A DNA stretch of 63,975 nt, filler included, from Octopus bimaculoides (Eukaryota), in NCBI RefSeq assembly GCF_001194135.2. It is 4 parts of 3 records of this genome, joined end to end, with 100 filler letters (N's around TTAATTAATTAA, not from the genome) between each part and the next. Parts side by side here need not be neighbours in the genome. Positions count along the whole stretch, not along the records: positions 22,324 to 36,608 come from NC_068985.1; positions 36,709 to 59,211 come from NC_069006.1; 2 more parts are not named here. The stretch is one strand, 5' to 3'. Positions 24,991 to 38,344 of this stretch are shown here, in pieces; the stretch's first letter is position 1; every line of letters starts with the position of its first letter. The notes below the pieces were generated by a model that did no database searches, had not been told where the DNA came from, and saw only the letters and a list, made by a program, of their open reading frames with translations. The translations under genes were made by a program, and so were the position numbers.

Positions 24991-25439
24991 GCTATGTAAA
25001 CAACAATAATATGAGCCAATGACCTAATACAACCCTAGCCATTAACTTGTCTGCAAATAGCACTACTTCACCCTTCTCTCCAACTAACCATCTTAGAACA
25101 GATAACTGCAACTACAGATCTGGGACCGACTAACGCGCTGTAAGCCCAATGCAGAAGATTCAACATGGTATGCCAATGCACTGTCCACAATATATAGAAT
25201 AACTCCAATAGCTACTATATTGGATCAGCCACTAATTATAAATTACATACATGTATACATGTACACACGCACACACACATATACCTATACTGAGAGAGAG
25301 AGACATACAGGCATACAGAGACAGAGAGAAGAGAACGGGAGTGAGAGACAGTTGACATGATGTCTGTATAACTAAGGTCGTTTGTGGCAGATGATAAGTA
25401 ATTTGTTAGCCTTACTTTTGTTCGCAAAACAAAAGGGAT

Positions 25440-26392
25440 TTTGTGTGGAAGGCAATCATTTGACCATGATTCCAACGGTCAAATTGTTCCCTTTTGCGCA
25501 CGTGTGCACAACCTTAAAAAGAATCATTTGACCAGCGACAAGGAATCAGTTAACCAGCGCAAAAGATCGTGTTCGTGAAACTGAAAATGTGTTTGCCACT
25601 TGAAAAAGTATTGAAGCAGTTTCCTCTAGAAAGAATAATAGAATTATTACCACCTGTAAAACGATTGTTTTCACACACGATATGACTTTGAAGAAGTTGG
25701 CCAGATCGCTGGATGGATTTGTGTGGCGGTACGGAAATTGTAGGAAAAACATTTCTATAAGGACGAAGACTGTTATGGAAAACTCAAAGTTGTCATTGCA
25801 GAAAATATTTCATATCGTCTTTCATTTCGTGTTCGAGGCACCTATATCTACTGCGGCTTTATATACCGGATTGGATAATAAAACTGTGATCCAGTGGTAT
25901 AAGTTTTGTCGAGAAGTGTGTTCGGGGAAGATGCTTCGAGGTGTAAATAGATGAGAGCTTGCTCTTTAAAAGGAAGAGCCACATAGCGAGAATAGGCCAT
26001 CAAACGTGGGTTGTCGGGTACTATGACACCACTGTGAAAAAAGGGTTCCTTCAACGTGTACCTGATAGAAGCACAGANNNNNNNNNNNNNNNNNNNNNNN
26101 NNNNNNNNNNNNNNNNNNNNNNNNNNNNNNNNNNNNNNNNNNNNNNNNNNNNNNNNNNNNNNNNNNNNNNNNNNNNNNNNNNNNNNNNNNNNNNNNNNNN
26201 NNNNNNNNNNNNNNNNNNNNNNNNNNNNNNNNNNNNNNNNGGCTGAAGTATGTGTCTGGATCATCGGGCAACATGAAATGGTCCCGCGTCTATAAGTCAA
26301 TGTATCGAGAAATGTATGGATTTACTGCAAAGAAAAACTTCGAAAATTTCTATACATTTCTCGAACACAATGCGGAAATTTATTCCCCTTAA
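25440..26392 (+). mobile_element. Merlin (eukaryotic IS1595/ISXO2-like) DNA transposon remnant, decayed transposase
   Basis: DGFVWRYGNCRKNISIRTKTVMENSKLSL...TVIQWYKFCREVCS; LFKRKSHIARIGHQTWVVGYYDTTVKKGFLQRVPDRS; after the gap, MYREMYGFT...FLEHNAEIYSP*. Repeated AATCATTTGACCA motifs upstream. Confidence 0.82.
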
Positions 26393-27499
26393 ATTCCACC
26401 AGCGCGGCTTCCCCGAACACACTTCTTAACAAAACCCATATATTTCTGAAAAAAAAACACAAAAAAAAAACCACGCTCTAATTTCATATTACTGCGGGAA
26501 ATTACTCTGAAAGAAATCTCTGCAGAAAGGTGAGTAGATTGATTACACATTTCTTGCTTTATGTTATGTTATCGCAGTTTTATGAGATTTGGCTGTTATT
26601 TCTAGCATGTAGATAGCCGGGCTGGGTTCCAGAAAATGTGAAAAATGAAGAAATGGGGAGGGAGGGGGGCGTAAAATCGAAATTTTGAATTTGACATTTT
26701 TGAAATTTTTTTCAGAATCGGAATCTCCATAGCCTAAAACGTGGGATTCCGTAAAAAAAAAATTAAGGGAGGAAAGGTTCCCTTTACATATCCTCCATCT
26801 AGACCAAAATTTAATACTAGAATTTATAAGACTATATATGTTCATATGTGGTTTCTGTGTGCATGTTTGTGCGTCTGTACCTTGTTCTGTCTGACTGAGT
26901 ATGCGAACATACGTATTTCTGTAAGCGTGTTATATTTGCGAGCGTATATGTATTTGTGTGTATTTGTGTGTATAACTGAATGCGTAGTACATCAACACGT
27001 ATTTTGTGAAGCAAAGGAAAATATTTTTGACAGAATAGTTTCCAATCTAAGGAAATTCAGAAAAACAAAAAAACAGAATGTACGAAGGAGGACAAAACAT
27101 AAACTTATGAATTTGATAATTACTATATTACCTGCAGATGTTTTGTCAATGCTGTAATGACTGAGCTCTATTACTAGATAACATCTACATGATGATGTTA
27201 TTTTACTGCTATTTAATCGAATTTCAAATACGATAATGATTATCATCTTACTGCCTTATCAATAATATAGCTTACACTAAAATACACATGAATGGCAAAA
27301 AACAGTCAATAATAACCACAGATTAGGAAATAATTTGCTAGATGAAAATCGTTTTCCTTTTTCTCTTGTTGCTAACACGCGCAGAATAATTCCGTCCTAT
27401 CACATAATTATCATATGCCATTATCTTCCTAGAGTAAATCAAATTTTCTTATTGTTGTGCTGTCTCCATATTATTGGTGTTGTTGCTGTCGTTATTATG

Positions 27500-27760
27500 A
27501 CTTCCGCGTTAAAGAAGGCGGAGGTATTGTTTTCTGTTGTGTCTGTCTGTTTGTTTGTGAACAAGATATCTCAAGAATCGCTGGATGGATTCCGATGAAA
27601 CTTTCAGGGATGATTGGCCTCGTGACTGGCACGAGGTTATTAGAGTTTAGAATCGATCCAGTACCGGACAAGGATTCTGGAATATTCTTCCAGATTTTTA
27701 TTTAAATTTTGAGAGCGGTTGGGTTCATTTTTAGTATTCTCGTTTGTGAGAGCATCTTGA
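27500..27760 (+). mobile_element. Helentron/HINE-like element, 3'-truncated
   Basis: GAAGGCGGAGGTATTGTTTTC...GCTGGATGGATTCCGATGAAACTTTCAGGGATG...ACCGGACAAGGATT, colinear with 3565-3830. Confidence 0.72.
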
Positions 27761-27834
27761 TTGAGAAAATAAGTATGACAATCGATGGAATCAACTAACA
27801 CCCTCCCCTAAAATAGTCGGCTTTCTATCAAAGT

Positions 27835-27865
<31 letters not shown>

Positions 27866-27866
<1 letters not shown>

Positions 27867-28100
27867 TAAGACATTGCATAGTATCCGATTTCGTGATGTT
27901 GTTCCTTAAAGATATTGCGTCTACTGGGGATATGTTCTGTCTGTCAAGTCACAACAAGGACCTCTGACTGATATTACTTTGCACAACGTGTGTGCAGTTT
28001 AAGGTGATGCCGATGTTTGCAATAGACATAGATTGTAGGGTATTTGGTATTTCTAAAGTGGTATTGAACCCAATGTTCCGGTGACAATAGTAACAACCTT
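27866..28100 (-). mobile_element. 3' end of an R4/Dong-like element with an (AAT)n tail
   Basis: Minus frame KVVTIVTGTLGSIPL*KYQIPYNLCLLQTSASP*TAHTLCKVISV fits the REL C-terminal pattern (P.V.G.LG...LQK.A...TAHILRKVL). A short 3' UTR and (AAT)n follow. Confidence 0.7.
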
Positions 28101-28191
28101 TCTTCTTCTTCTTCTTCTTCTTCTTCTTCTTCTTCTTCTTCTTCTTCTTCTTCTTCTTCTTCTTCTTCTTCTTCTTCTTCTTCTTCTTCTT

Positions 28192-28288
<97 letters not shown>
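28099..28288. repeat. Compound (TTC)n(TAT)n microsatellite
   Basis: About 40 TTC units then about 22 TAT units. Confidence 0.97.
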
Positions 28289-28289
<1 letters not shown>

Positions 28290-29382
28290 TTTATATTAAT
28301 AATACTGATATCAATAATATACACAAACAAACAGGTAAAAAAAAGGGTTTATTTGTTAAAGTTTTGATCTAACCGTTCATGAGAAGATGAGGCTCTTATG
28401 CACATTACTATTCTAAATAGAAGTGGAGTTCGTGATGTCTTTTAAGAATAAAGTTGTTATCTAATGAACCAAACATATGGCAAGATTATCATAGATTCGG
28501 ACACGATATTCGGAATATCTAGATTACTATTTAAAGCTGTATCTATATATCCATATCCCATTTTCAAATCCCACTTAGATCAGATCTATCTTACAGCCAT
28601 CTGCAATCGTATGTACGTATAACCTTAACATTAAAGATCGTTTAATGGAATGCCGTTATGAAATTTACAGCCTTCTGTTTACATTAAGAGTATAATTTGT
28701 ATAATAAATGACAGTTGGTGTAAAGAGGCACTTATTGCTGAAATAACTGCAGTAAACACTTTGAATCGATCTACTAAGAAATCGCATCCGTTCTAACAAG
28801 AACTCTTTGATCTGGTAGGAAGCAGATTTTATTATATAATAAAATTTGTGGTAATGACAGCTTATTGAACATGCACATTTAAACTCCTTTATACATCACT
28901 AAGCTAGTACATATAGATAGACACACGCAAACACAAACACAAACAGTATATATATATATGTTCACACACACACACACNNNNNNNNNNNNNNNNNNNNNNN
29001 NNNNNNNNNNNNNNNNNNNNNNNNNNNNNNNNNNNNNNNNNNNNNNNNNNNNNNNNNNNNNNNNNNNNNNNNNNNNNNNNNNNNNNNNNNNNNNNNNNNN
29101 NNNNNNNNNNNNNNNNNNNNNNNNNNNNNNNNNNNNNNNNNNNNNNNNNNNNNNNNNNNNNNNNNNNNNNNNNNNNNNNNNNNNNNNNNNNNNNNNNNNN
29201 NNNNNNNNNNNNNNNNNNNNNNNNNNNNNNNNNNNNNNNNNNNNNNNNNNNNNNNNNNNNNNNNNNNNNNNNNNNNNNNNNNNNNNATATACATATATAT
29301 ATATATATATATATACTATATATATACATATATACACACACACACATACAAACTCACACAGACTTATATATGTATGTATATA

Positions 29383-30240
29383 TTGGCAGAGGCACCTGGC
29401 ATTGCCCGGGAATGAAAAATGATAATAAAGGAAAATGCAAAATTTACCACTGTTATGAAAGGAGATAAATTCTACCACATATGCTGAAGGAAATTATGTA
29501 AGAGATTCTGTATAAACAAAATTCATTTTTTTTCTGGGTTAGAGCATAGACAAATAAGTCTTGCAAACTACCTACTCTGGAGCAAACAGCAAAGTTGTCA
29601 ATGATGAAACCAGGAGATTTCAAAGACTGATATTGAGCTGTATTAATAGACTTTGTAGAGCAAAGTTGCACTAGGAATTGTGTTTGTTTGAACTCAAAGG
29701 ACATGTCTGTTGGTATGACTGGAATTCTTGGAACGAAAACTTCTTCCCCAGAGGCACATCCAGTGATGATGGTAGCTTCTGTCACATTAGGTGATGTCTT
29801 CACAATCAACCTTGTCCCATTGCATAATTTAGAAGGATCTAATTTTCTTAGAAGCATTATTGGGATTCCTACCTTCAGAAAAAGTTATGTGGAGGAATTC
29901 CAGGTGGCTCAAGAGAATCAAGGAACTCTTTTGGGTAATGTACAGCTTGATCTTCATCGAGGATTGAATCAACTGATTTGTACTTCTCCATGACTGTTGG
30001 AATCTTATTCATTAATTCATGGCTAATTGTTGCTACTGTTTCATTTTTTGGATTCAGAATTGCCCTTTCACACAACCATTTATGTGAATTATAATTATTT
30101 CTTAAGTCTGGTAACACCCTGTTCTTCATTTGAGCTGGGGAATTCATCACGATAGCAATATTAGTCAAACAGATATCACCATTCCGCTCAAGTGGTACTT
30201 TCCCATTTCCTAACTGGAGGAGGCAGGTTGAAAACTGTTT
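29383..30240 (-). mobile_element. Helitron 3' fragment (PIF1-like helicase C-terminus plus 3' terminus), decayed
   Basis: WLCERAILNPKNETV...HYPKEFLDSLEPPGIPPHN; MLLRKLDPSKLCNGTRLIVK...VFVPRIPVIP...FEFKQTQFLVQLC...SIN. 3' hairpin CCCGGGCAATGCCAGG followed by TGCCTCTGCCAA|T (eroded CTAG). Confidence 0.92.
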
Positions 30241-30324
30241 TGCACGTTGGTCTCCATGTAATCAAGCTGGCACGCTCGTATTGAAGGAGGATTTCAGTAC
30301 TCTATTTCATAGGTGTGTGCCGCC

Positions 30325-30394
<70 letters not shown>

Positions 30395-31689
30395 TACATA
30401 CACATACAGTTTCAGACCACAGATTAAATGGATGTGTGTGTGTGAGAGAGAGTGAGTGAAGGGGTATGTTGTCATATAGTACATACAATAGGCGTACAAC
30501 TTTGTGTGCAAGAGAGAGTCCCACTTAGACATCACTCTCCTTCTTTCTCAGACAAACGTACGTGCAGAAATGATGTATACATATGTATTTATGAACGTAC
30601 GAATACATGACAACACACTCCTTCTCTCACTCACACACACACACACCATGCTTAAATGTATACAAATGTACATGAAAAAACACGTTTGCGAGAGAACATT
30701 AAAAACAATGAATGAGATGGACAGGGAATGAAAAAATAAAAGCACGTTGAAAAGCGTCTTGTACCGAATATTGAAATTTGTGAACTTAATAAATATTTCT
30801 TTTAGTAATTTATCGTAGTTGTTTACAAATAGAGAATTGAAACTTGAAAGGAATACATTAAAAATTAGACAGGGACAAACTTCCCCGTTTTTATATGAAT
30901 ACCGGAAGTTGACATTGATAAATCTTTTTAACGAAGTGAATCTAATGTAGAGAATTTCATCAAAAAATATCTATTTTCTTAAAGGTTAAAACGAATTGGC
31001 GTACATTCATCTGAATTTTCAGAAAATCCCCACCTCTCCCAAAACAGTTACCCCCTCCCCACAAAAATTATATATTCCAAATTGACATGATAAAACATAT
31101 ATTCGTAGAAAATTTTATTTAAAAATATCCATAATTCTGAAAGTTATGATCATAGAAATTGTTCCGGGAGGCAGAAATCTTTATTTATCGAGAAGGGGAA
31201 TGACAGTGACCTTTTTGGGTGCACAGTTTGTGACAGACCATGCCTTTCTTTTTCTGGGGTCAAATCTCTTTTGCGAACATGTGGAAAACGAACTTCCACC
31301 AACTATGCTGCCTATATGTCTGTACACACCATTGAATACAATGTATGCCAAAGAATTTGCAAATGTAACGGAGGGTTCAAAAGACATTTTAAGGGCCACA
31401 AAGATCATTGTCTGGTTTAAAAAGCCATATCAGATGACATGATGTTTCGAAAGTGTAGTTACAGGAGTTGGTCAAACTCTGCATAAGGAGTAAGGCAACC
31501 ACCATGTATGTATGTATGTATGTATGTATGTATGTATGTATGTATGTATGTATGTATGTACGCATGTATGTATGCATACATGCATGTATGTATGTATCTG
31601 TCTGTCTATCTATCTATCTATCTAGCTATCTATCTATTTATATATATATATCTATATGCTATACGAATATTTAAAAAAACAAATGCCGT

Positions 31690-34400
31690 TTTGTGCAACG
31701 ACATGTCCACGATATGAACGACGAAAGGAAAGTAAAAGGACACGGGGACAGTTTCTGAAGGACCTGTATGGGGTTACAAAGAAGCTGTTCGCTGAATCGA
31801 AGAGTGACACTTTATTATGCACAAAAGAAGAATTGGATACTCACATGAAATAAACCATTAGCGTTCCACACTGTAACCAGCCATTGCCACCTCTAAATGA
31901 TACCGAAATTCAAATTGGGGACAACAAGGAGAAAAAGGTGAATGATTTTGTGAGAAAAGCTAGAACAAAGAATGTCCCAGGAGGTGATAGCGTCTCGTAT
32001 AAAGTATACAAATATTACAGTCGTCTGTGAAAGAAGCTCTTTGCCATACTATGACAACTGTGGCACCAAGAGACTTTAGTAGAGGCTTGGTGTAAGGTAG
32101 AAGGCATATAAGTGCCGAAGGAGGCCAATGCAGAGACTATAAAACAGTTTAGGCCGATATCCTTATTGAATGTGGAAGGCAAGATCTTTATGGGTATTCT
32201 CTCAATGAGAACAGTGACTCAAAAGACCAGAATCCTGGATCCCTGGATGCGTTGAACACTGTTTTTCTATTTAGAAAGCAATCGAGGATGCCAAACAGAA
32301 CACGACAAGTCTGAACTTGGTATGGCTTTACCTAGCTAATGCAGCTGGACCACTTCCACATTCCAAGCAAAGTAACCAAATTAATGAGGATATATCGCGA
32401 CAGTTTCGAAATGAGATTTACAGTTGGAGATTTTACAACAGATTGGCACCGACTGGTGTTTGGCATTGCTGCTGGCTGCTCAATATCTGTCACGTGGTTT
32501 ATCTTAGTCCTTAGTCATGGAAATGATTTTGAAAGCCGTGGATTTTTCGGAACAAACCGCCCATGTACAATCGCTTAAGAAGTCTTTCATGGATGACGTA
32601 ACACTTCTAGGAACAGACAGGCAAGTTATACAGAATGCCCTCTTGAGATAACATGAGCTTGTGAAGTGGTCAAGGATGTAATTTAGAGCCAAAATATCTC
32701 GTAGTCTGACATTTATTAAGGGAATGCAAAAAGAAGTTAAGTTTCAAATAGCTGAAGAAAGCATTCCAACGGTCATGGAAGAACCCGTCAAGAGCTTGGG
32801 GCGAGTATACGCTGGAACATTGTCAGAAAGGGGTCGGGGGATGGAAATTTTGAAACAAGCCGAGGCTGGATTATCAGCGATTGATAACTCAAAGTTACCA
32901 GGTAAATACAAAATCTGCTGCTTACAGTGCGGCTTGTATCCGTGACTTTCGTGGCCACTTTAAAAATATGAGGTAGCATTTTCACGAGTTCAAATCATTG
33001 AATAAAATCGAATGCGTTTATTAGAAAGTGGCTAGGCCTACCTCAGATACTGAACATTTCAGCTCTTTATCGTAAAAGAGGCTCGTTGCAGTTACCGCTG
33101 GTATCAGTAGTCGAAATTTATAAACTAGAGAAGGTACGAACGGTGATGATGCTGAGAGGACATGGAAGTCAGACGTAATCCACGAGATGTGAAAACAGCC
33201 AGGAAGTGGAAAGCAGAAAAAGAGACTGATGACATTCTGTCTTCTCTTACACACCGAGATATGGTGGGTGCTACGCAAAATCATCCGAAAGGACTTGGTT
33301 TTGGTGCAGATCGGTTCAGACAGTTTGCAAATATGACGCGGAGCGAACACAGATCTGTTGTTAGCAACAGCATCAAAATAAGGGAAGCAGAGAGTAGATA
33401 GTTTCATTTCATCCAATGCGCTCAACAAGACAGATCACAAAATGAGAGGAACATGTTGTTGAGAGCAAAATAAGCCGGAATGAGACATGGAAGGGGACCA
33501 CATCTCGGCTAAGTTTTCTGATTCGTTCATCCTATGATGTTTGGCCCTCACCTGCAAATCTAGTAACATTGAACGTCTCAGAGAATGATATATGCAAATG
33601 AGGAAAGGTCGGAACACTGAAACATATTCTTTCCAAGTGTTCACTAGCACTGAATAGGTATATACGGAGACACAACCTGGCCCTTAAAGTTATCTTCAGT
33701 GCTATTAAAAAACAAATTGATCTCAGCAGCAGTAAAAAAAAAAAAAAACGTTGAAAGTACCAACTAGAGATTTCACTACCTTCGTTCACTCACGACAGCA
33801 GATCCGTTTCAAGAAGAGGAAGGAGAAACTTCCTGTGAGCTATGAAAAGTGGAATGGCTATTGTGGGTGGCTGCAGATTTACCAGGGTGCCAGAAACTGT
33901 TTCCCACTCCAATTAAAAAAAAAAACAGACGTTTTAATGTGGTGTGAAAGAAAGTTGTGAATCTAGTCCAGTTAACGGTTACTCATGAAGATAACATGAA
34001 CGCCACTCGGGCTCGAAAGATTGACCGTTATGTAAACCTCTAGGAATGTGAAGACACAAGCTGGTAAGCGAAGCATTTTCCAATCGAAATCGGATGTAGA
34101 GGATTTGCTGGAAACTGTGAGGCAACTGTTGTTATCGTTAGGCCTAACTCATCATAAAGTAAATACCACTATGACCGATATCCAAACTACAGCAGAAAAG
34201 GCTAGCCACTGGATTTGGTTAAAAAGAGACGATGAGCGATGGCTAGAAGAATATTGAGCTTTACTTGAAAACCAGTTGATCTAGCAAGCAAGGTCTCATA
34301 TCATTGAGGGGGCCCGGTGCGCATTGATGCCATCGACAGGCAGACCCCGAAACGGCGCGCACTCTCTCCTGATGACCTCATACACTTGCTGGCTTCCGTT
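31690..34400 (+). mobile_element. HERO-like (R2-group, REL-endonuclease) non-LTR retrotransposon, about 2.7 kb, decayed
   Basis: KQFRPISLLNVEGKIFMGILS (about 32140); FMDDVTLL RT motif (about 32585); CK*GKVGTLKHILSKCSLALNRYIRRHN zinc knuckle (about 33600); FPIEIGCRGF and AEKASHWIWLKR (34075-34230). Many stops and frameshifts. Confidence 0.85.
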
Positions 34401-35223
34401 ATGCAGAGCTTTCAGCTGGTAGCACTTGCATGTGCAAGTTGTTTGCAGAACATCATGTTATACAACATAACAAAGCTGAAACCACTCACTCGGGCACATA
34501 GATACACACGCTCATACACACTCATACACATTCACAGACAGTCACGTAAGAAAAATGTTTCTAATACGTCGTTAATAGAACTATTTATACATTTCATCAT
34601 TGTAAATAACTTAGTTATTTTCTAATTGAATGTGTTCATGACACACGCTGCATAGCTAAAATGAAAAAAACAAAATGTAGACATATGTGTACTTACTTGT
34701 GGGAAATCATAAACTTTCTTTGTATTGTTGATATCCAAATCAATGCGTTGAAGAGATTTTAAGAAGCTATTTGTGTGAACAACAGATCGTTTGATAGCTG
34801 ATGCAAAATAGTAATTCGTATTTTCAGCTTCTACATTTTCTGTGAAGGGTTTGCAATCTGTAAACAAAATAATAATTGGTCAAAATTTGAATTTAATGGT
34901 AGTGTTTGTATCATTATGGGATATGTTAGAATTGTTATATAAATATAGACATTTAAGAGTTATTTTCATCATCGTAAGGTAATTTATAATTCCACTAAGA
35001 AAGGTAAAAATTGGAATAAATGGTAAATTCTGCTTCTGTTTGTCAGAATTATCTATAATCGTTGGATGTAGTGGCTTTTTTGCATATAAATTGTTACTAT
35101 GGAAATTTCATTCACATATATTCAGTAAGTGTACTTAGACTTGTTTCAAATATATTTGTCCATTTATACGAGGTAATCAGTTCCACTGGTAATTTATATA
35201 CAAAGAAATATCTATATACACAT

Positions 35224-35256
<33 letters not shown>

Positions 35257-36461
35257 NNNNNNNNNNNNNNNNNNNNNNNNNNNNNNNNNNNNNNNNNNNN
35301 NNNNNNNNNNNNNNNNNNNATACATATATATATATAAAATTTAAAAAAATGTTATTATTCAGAAGAAAAGCATCTTTAATCAGAAGTAAATTCATATTCT
35401 CCAATGTGGAAACGGTAAAAGTTATACTGGCATAGGAATAAGTCAGAAGTGCCGAAATACTTCTTATAAATCTGATCGAAAATATTCTAGGGAACGTCTT
35501 ATTTTTATGGGCAATTTCCCTATCGAAAAAAGATCAATGGGATATTTTATGCTTAGGGTAAGTTGCTTACAACTCTATATTTAGGGGAAATTTTAGCGTT
35601 AGCATTTGACACCTGATCTCAGATTTGCATAAAGCTTGACAGTAATATTTTCCAAAATTCTTTTCATCTTCTTAGAAGTTAGAAAGACCTCTTCATGGGG
35701 ACTCGACACCCACAATTTAGTCATTTTATCTAAGCAAAGACGAATACAGTTGTACTCTTGGAAGCTGTAGTGTCATCCGAGCACAAAAGATTAGCGTTAT
35801 TTGTAATTCAATGGTACAACAGTGTAAGAGCTTGCTTTGAGATATACTTTAATTTTGATTTCTGCAATGTGGTGCATAAATTGTCAAGTAAATGACAGGC
35901 ATCCTTGCCTCCACTGATTCAGCTGCAAAGTGTTTTGATTAAACTTATTTCCTTGCAGACCTCCTTTCAGTCTTTTTATTAACACTGGGTCACACGTAGT
36001 CCCCAGGTGGTAACATTGATTTCAAGGCCTTCCCAGATTAGTGACTGGTTATTCAAAGACTGTAGATTGTTATAGATTGTAAACTTATTCTGTCCAGTTA
36101 TCTATCGGTATAGTGGTCACATGCGAACTCCAGAGGTGACGCTTTCATTTCCCCTTAGCCCTCACGTCCCACAGTTGTTTATTTCAGTTGGGTCACGCCC
36201 TTCCAATTGATATAGATCCGTAATGCATCTTGCGGCTGTGCCTGTCACCTGTATGGTCAGGAAACGACTAGGGTAGGGTAGCTGACTGCTTATCGTAATC
36301 ATGCGCATAAAAATCAGTAGTATGGAATACATGTATCATGATTACAATTTTTGCTTACAGTGTGTAAAGAGGGAAAAAACCCTCATCTGCAATTTTGATG
36401 AAATTCGAATCGTAGGTATTCCAGTTCTTTAGAGTAATGTCTAATCCTTCCATTGCATGTA

Positions 36462-36490
36462 ACACAGGCAACGCCGGGTATCTCTGCTAG
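36462..36490 (+). mobile_element. Helitron 3' terminus
   Basis: ACACAGGCAACGCCGGGTATCTCTGCTAG|T: hairpin, short spacer, CTAG then T. Homologous to the terminus at 29383-29410. Confidence 0.6.
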
Positions 36491-36560
36491 TATATATAAT
36501 ATATATGTATAATAAACACACACACACACATATGTATATATATTAAATATATAATATATA

Positions 36561-36608
<48 letters not shown>

Positions 36609-37550
36609 NNNNNNNNNNNNNNNNNNNNNNNNNNNNNNNNNNNNNNNNNNNNTTAATTAATTAANNNNNNNNNNNNNNNNNNNNNNNNNNNNNNNNNNNN
36701 NNNNNNNNAAAAAACACCTCTCAATTCTTCGGTTTAAGGCTGTAATTGAAGGAGCATGACTTTTTCATTTATTTCAGTATCTTCGATTTTCGTTTTTCCT
36801 TTTTTTCTTTTTTTTTTCATGTTTCCCTTATTTTCTCATTCGTTCTGTCTTTCGTTCATTCATTAATTCTTTCTTCCATTTTCCTCTTTCGTTTTCGTAT
36901 CTCTTTTTCCTCCTTTTCATACTCTCGCTCTCCCTAACTATTCTCTCTCCCTCCCTCTCTATCACCCTACTTGTTTCTCGGCTTGATTCGTTTTTTTTAT
37001 TTCTTTGTCACTTTTCTCTTATTCCTGGCATCTTTTTTCATCCTTCATTCTTTCAATTAATCTGTTTTCCATTTATTCTCTCCATCTTTTCTTCGCATTT
37101 CTTTCTTTTTCATTTCTTTACCCCATAAATCTATAAATTATGCCAACTATATACAATTCTCAATAAATCTGCTCTCTACTTAAATGCCAGATCAGACATC
37201 TCCTATAAATGCCTTCACTCCGATAAATAGCTGTTGAAAAACTGCAAAGATACACCACCGCCTGAAAGAACGAATTAAGATACACCTATTTGCCAAGAAG
37301 ATTCAAATACATACTGGCACACATTTTTTCCTCTTTCTTCAATTCACTCCCACCATAAACTTAATTCATAAATTCTTCCTTTCATATCCAAGTGAGATAT
37401 CCTTTAGCTTCTAAGTCTCTCTATAACTTTGCTTCTAACTCTAAACTTAACATCTTCAGGTATTATTTCAATTTACTAATCCAAAGCAAGATACTTAATT
37501 TTCCAAGAATTCATTATATACGTATATATGTGTGTGTGTGCCTGTGTGTG

Positions 37551-37601
<51 letters not shown>

Positions 37602-38044
37602 GATTATGAATTTGTGTTGCATGACTCCTGATGTGAAATCGTGTGTTGAAACAGATACTGTTGTATTTCGGGATGGTCATGTTTTGCCATATAAACACAT
37701 GCACTATATATTTGTTCTTCACTCATTTATTACTGTTCTTATTCTAACTCATGTCTATTGTCCTAAAATCTTTCATCACACATTTGTGACCTCTTCAGTA
37801 ACACTTTTCGTCTTCGTGTGTGCCCTTGCTCCACTTATTTTATATACATGTATATAGATTACCCCGCTCTAACACGCTAGATATAGATACTAAATGTAGC
37901 AGCAATTAAACCCCTCGTGGTGCCTGGAAGTATAATAATGTAAGGCGAAAAATTGAAATCAAAATGACACATGTTTGGTGTAGGTAAAAGAGAAGGAAGC
38001 TGTGTCTAATGTCACAGTAACAACCACAGTATCACATGTTTCTA

Positions 38045-38300
38045 TACATCGCTGATCACAATGTGTTTCCAATTCTGTCTTGATTGCGTCATTCTTTTCC
38101 ATCTTGACCTAAATTGTTGAGCTAAATCTTCCCAATTTCGTAGAGGTCTTTTAAATGTCCTTTTCCGATCTCTTGGAAGACACGGCAATTGCACGAGCCC
38201 ACCCGTTGTTTGTGAAACTTGCGATGTATCCGGCCCTACGAAACTTGTGCTTTCTGTATTCTTTATTCTGCGATCACATCGTTCGCGCCGCTCTGTTCTC
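38045..38300 (-). mobile_element. RTE-clade LINE 3' fragment
   Basis: Minus strand KEYRKHKFRRAGYIASFTNNGWARAIA, frameshift, LPRDRKRTFKRPLRNWEDL...WKRMTQSRQNWK. Fits the RTE pattern WAGH.AR...RW...W.PR...R..GRP..RW. Confidence 0.75.
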
Positions 38301-38344
38301 AAATTTTTTTAGTTATATCATATATGTAATACAAACTGCAATAT

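Noticed and set aside
34314-34366. GTGCGC...TTGATG...GAAACGGC GCGCAC as a hammerhead
   Set aside because: Stem I pairs, but stem II cannot form, and C3, A9 and U16.1 are all wrong.
37755-37805. Minus-strand CTGAAGA-GGTCAC...GTGAT-GAAA motif
   Set aside because: Stem II is possible, but stems I and III are poor.
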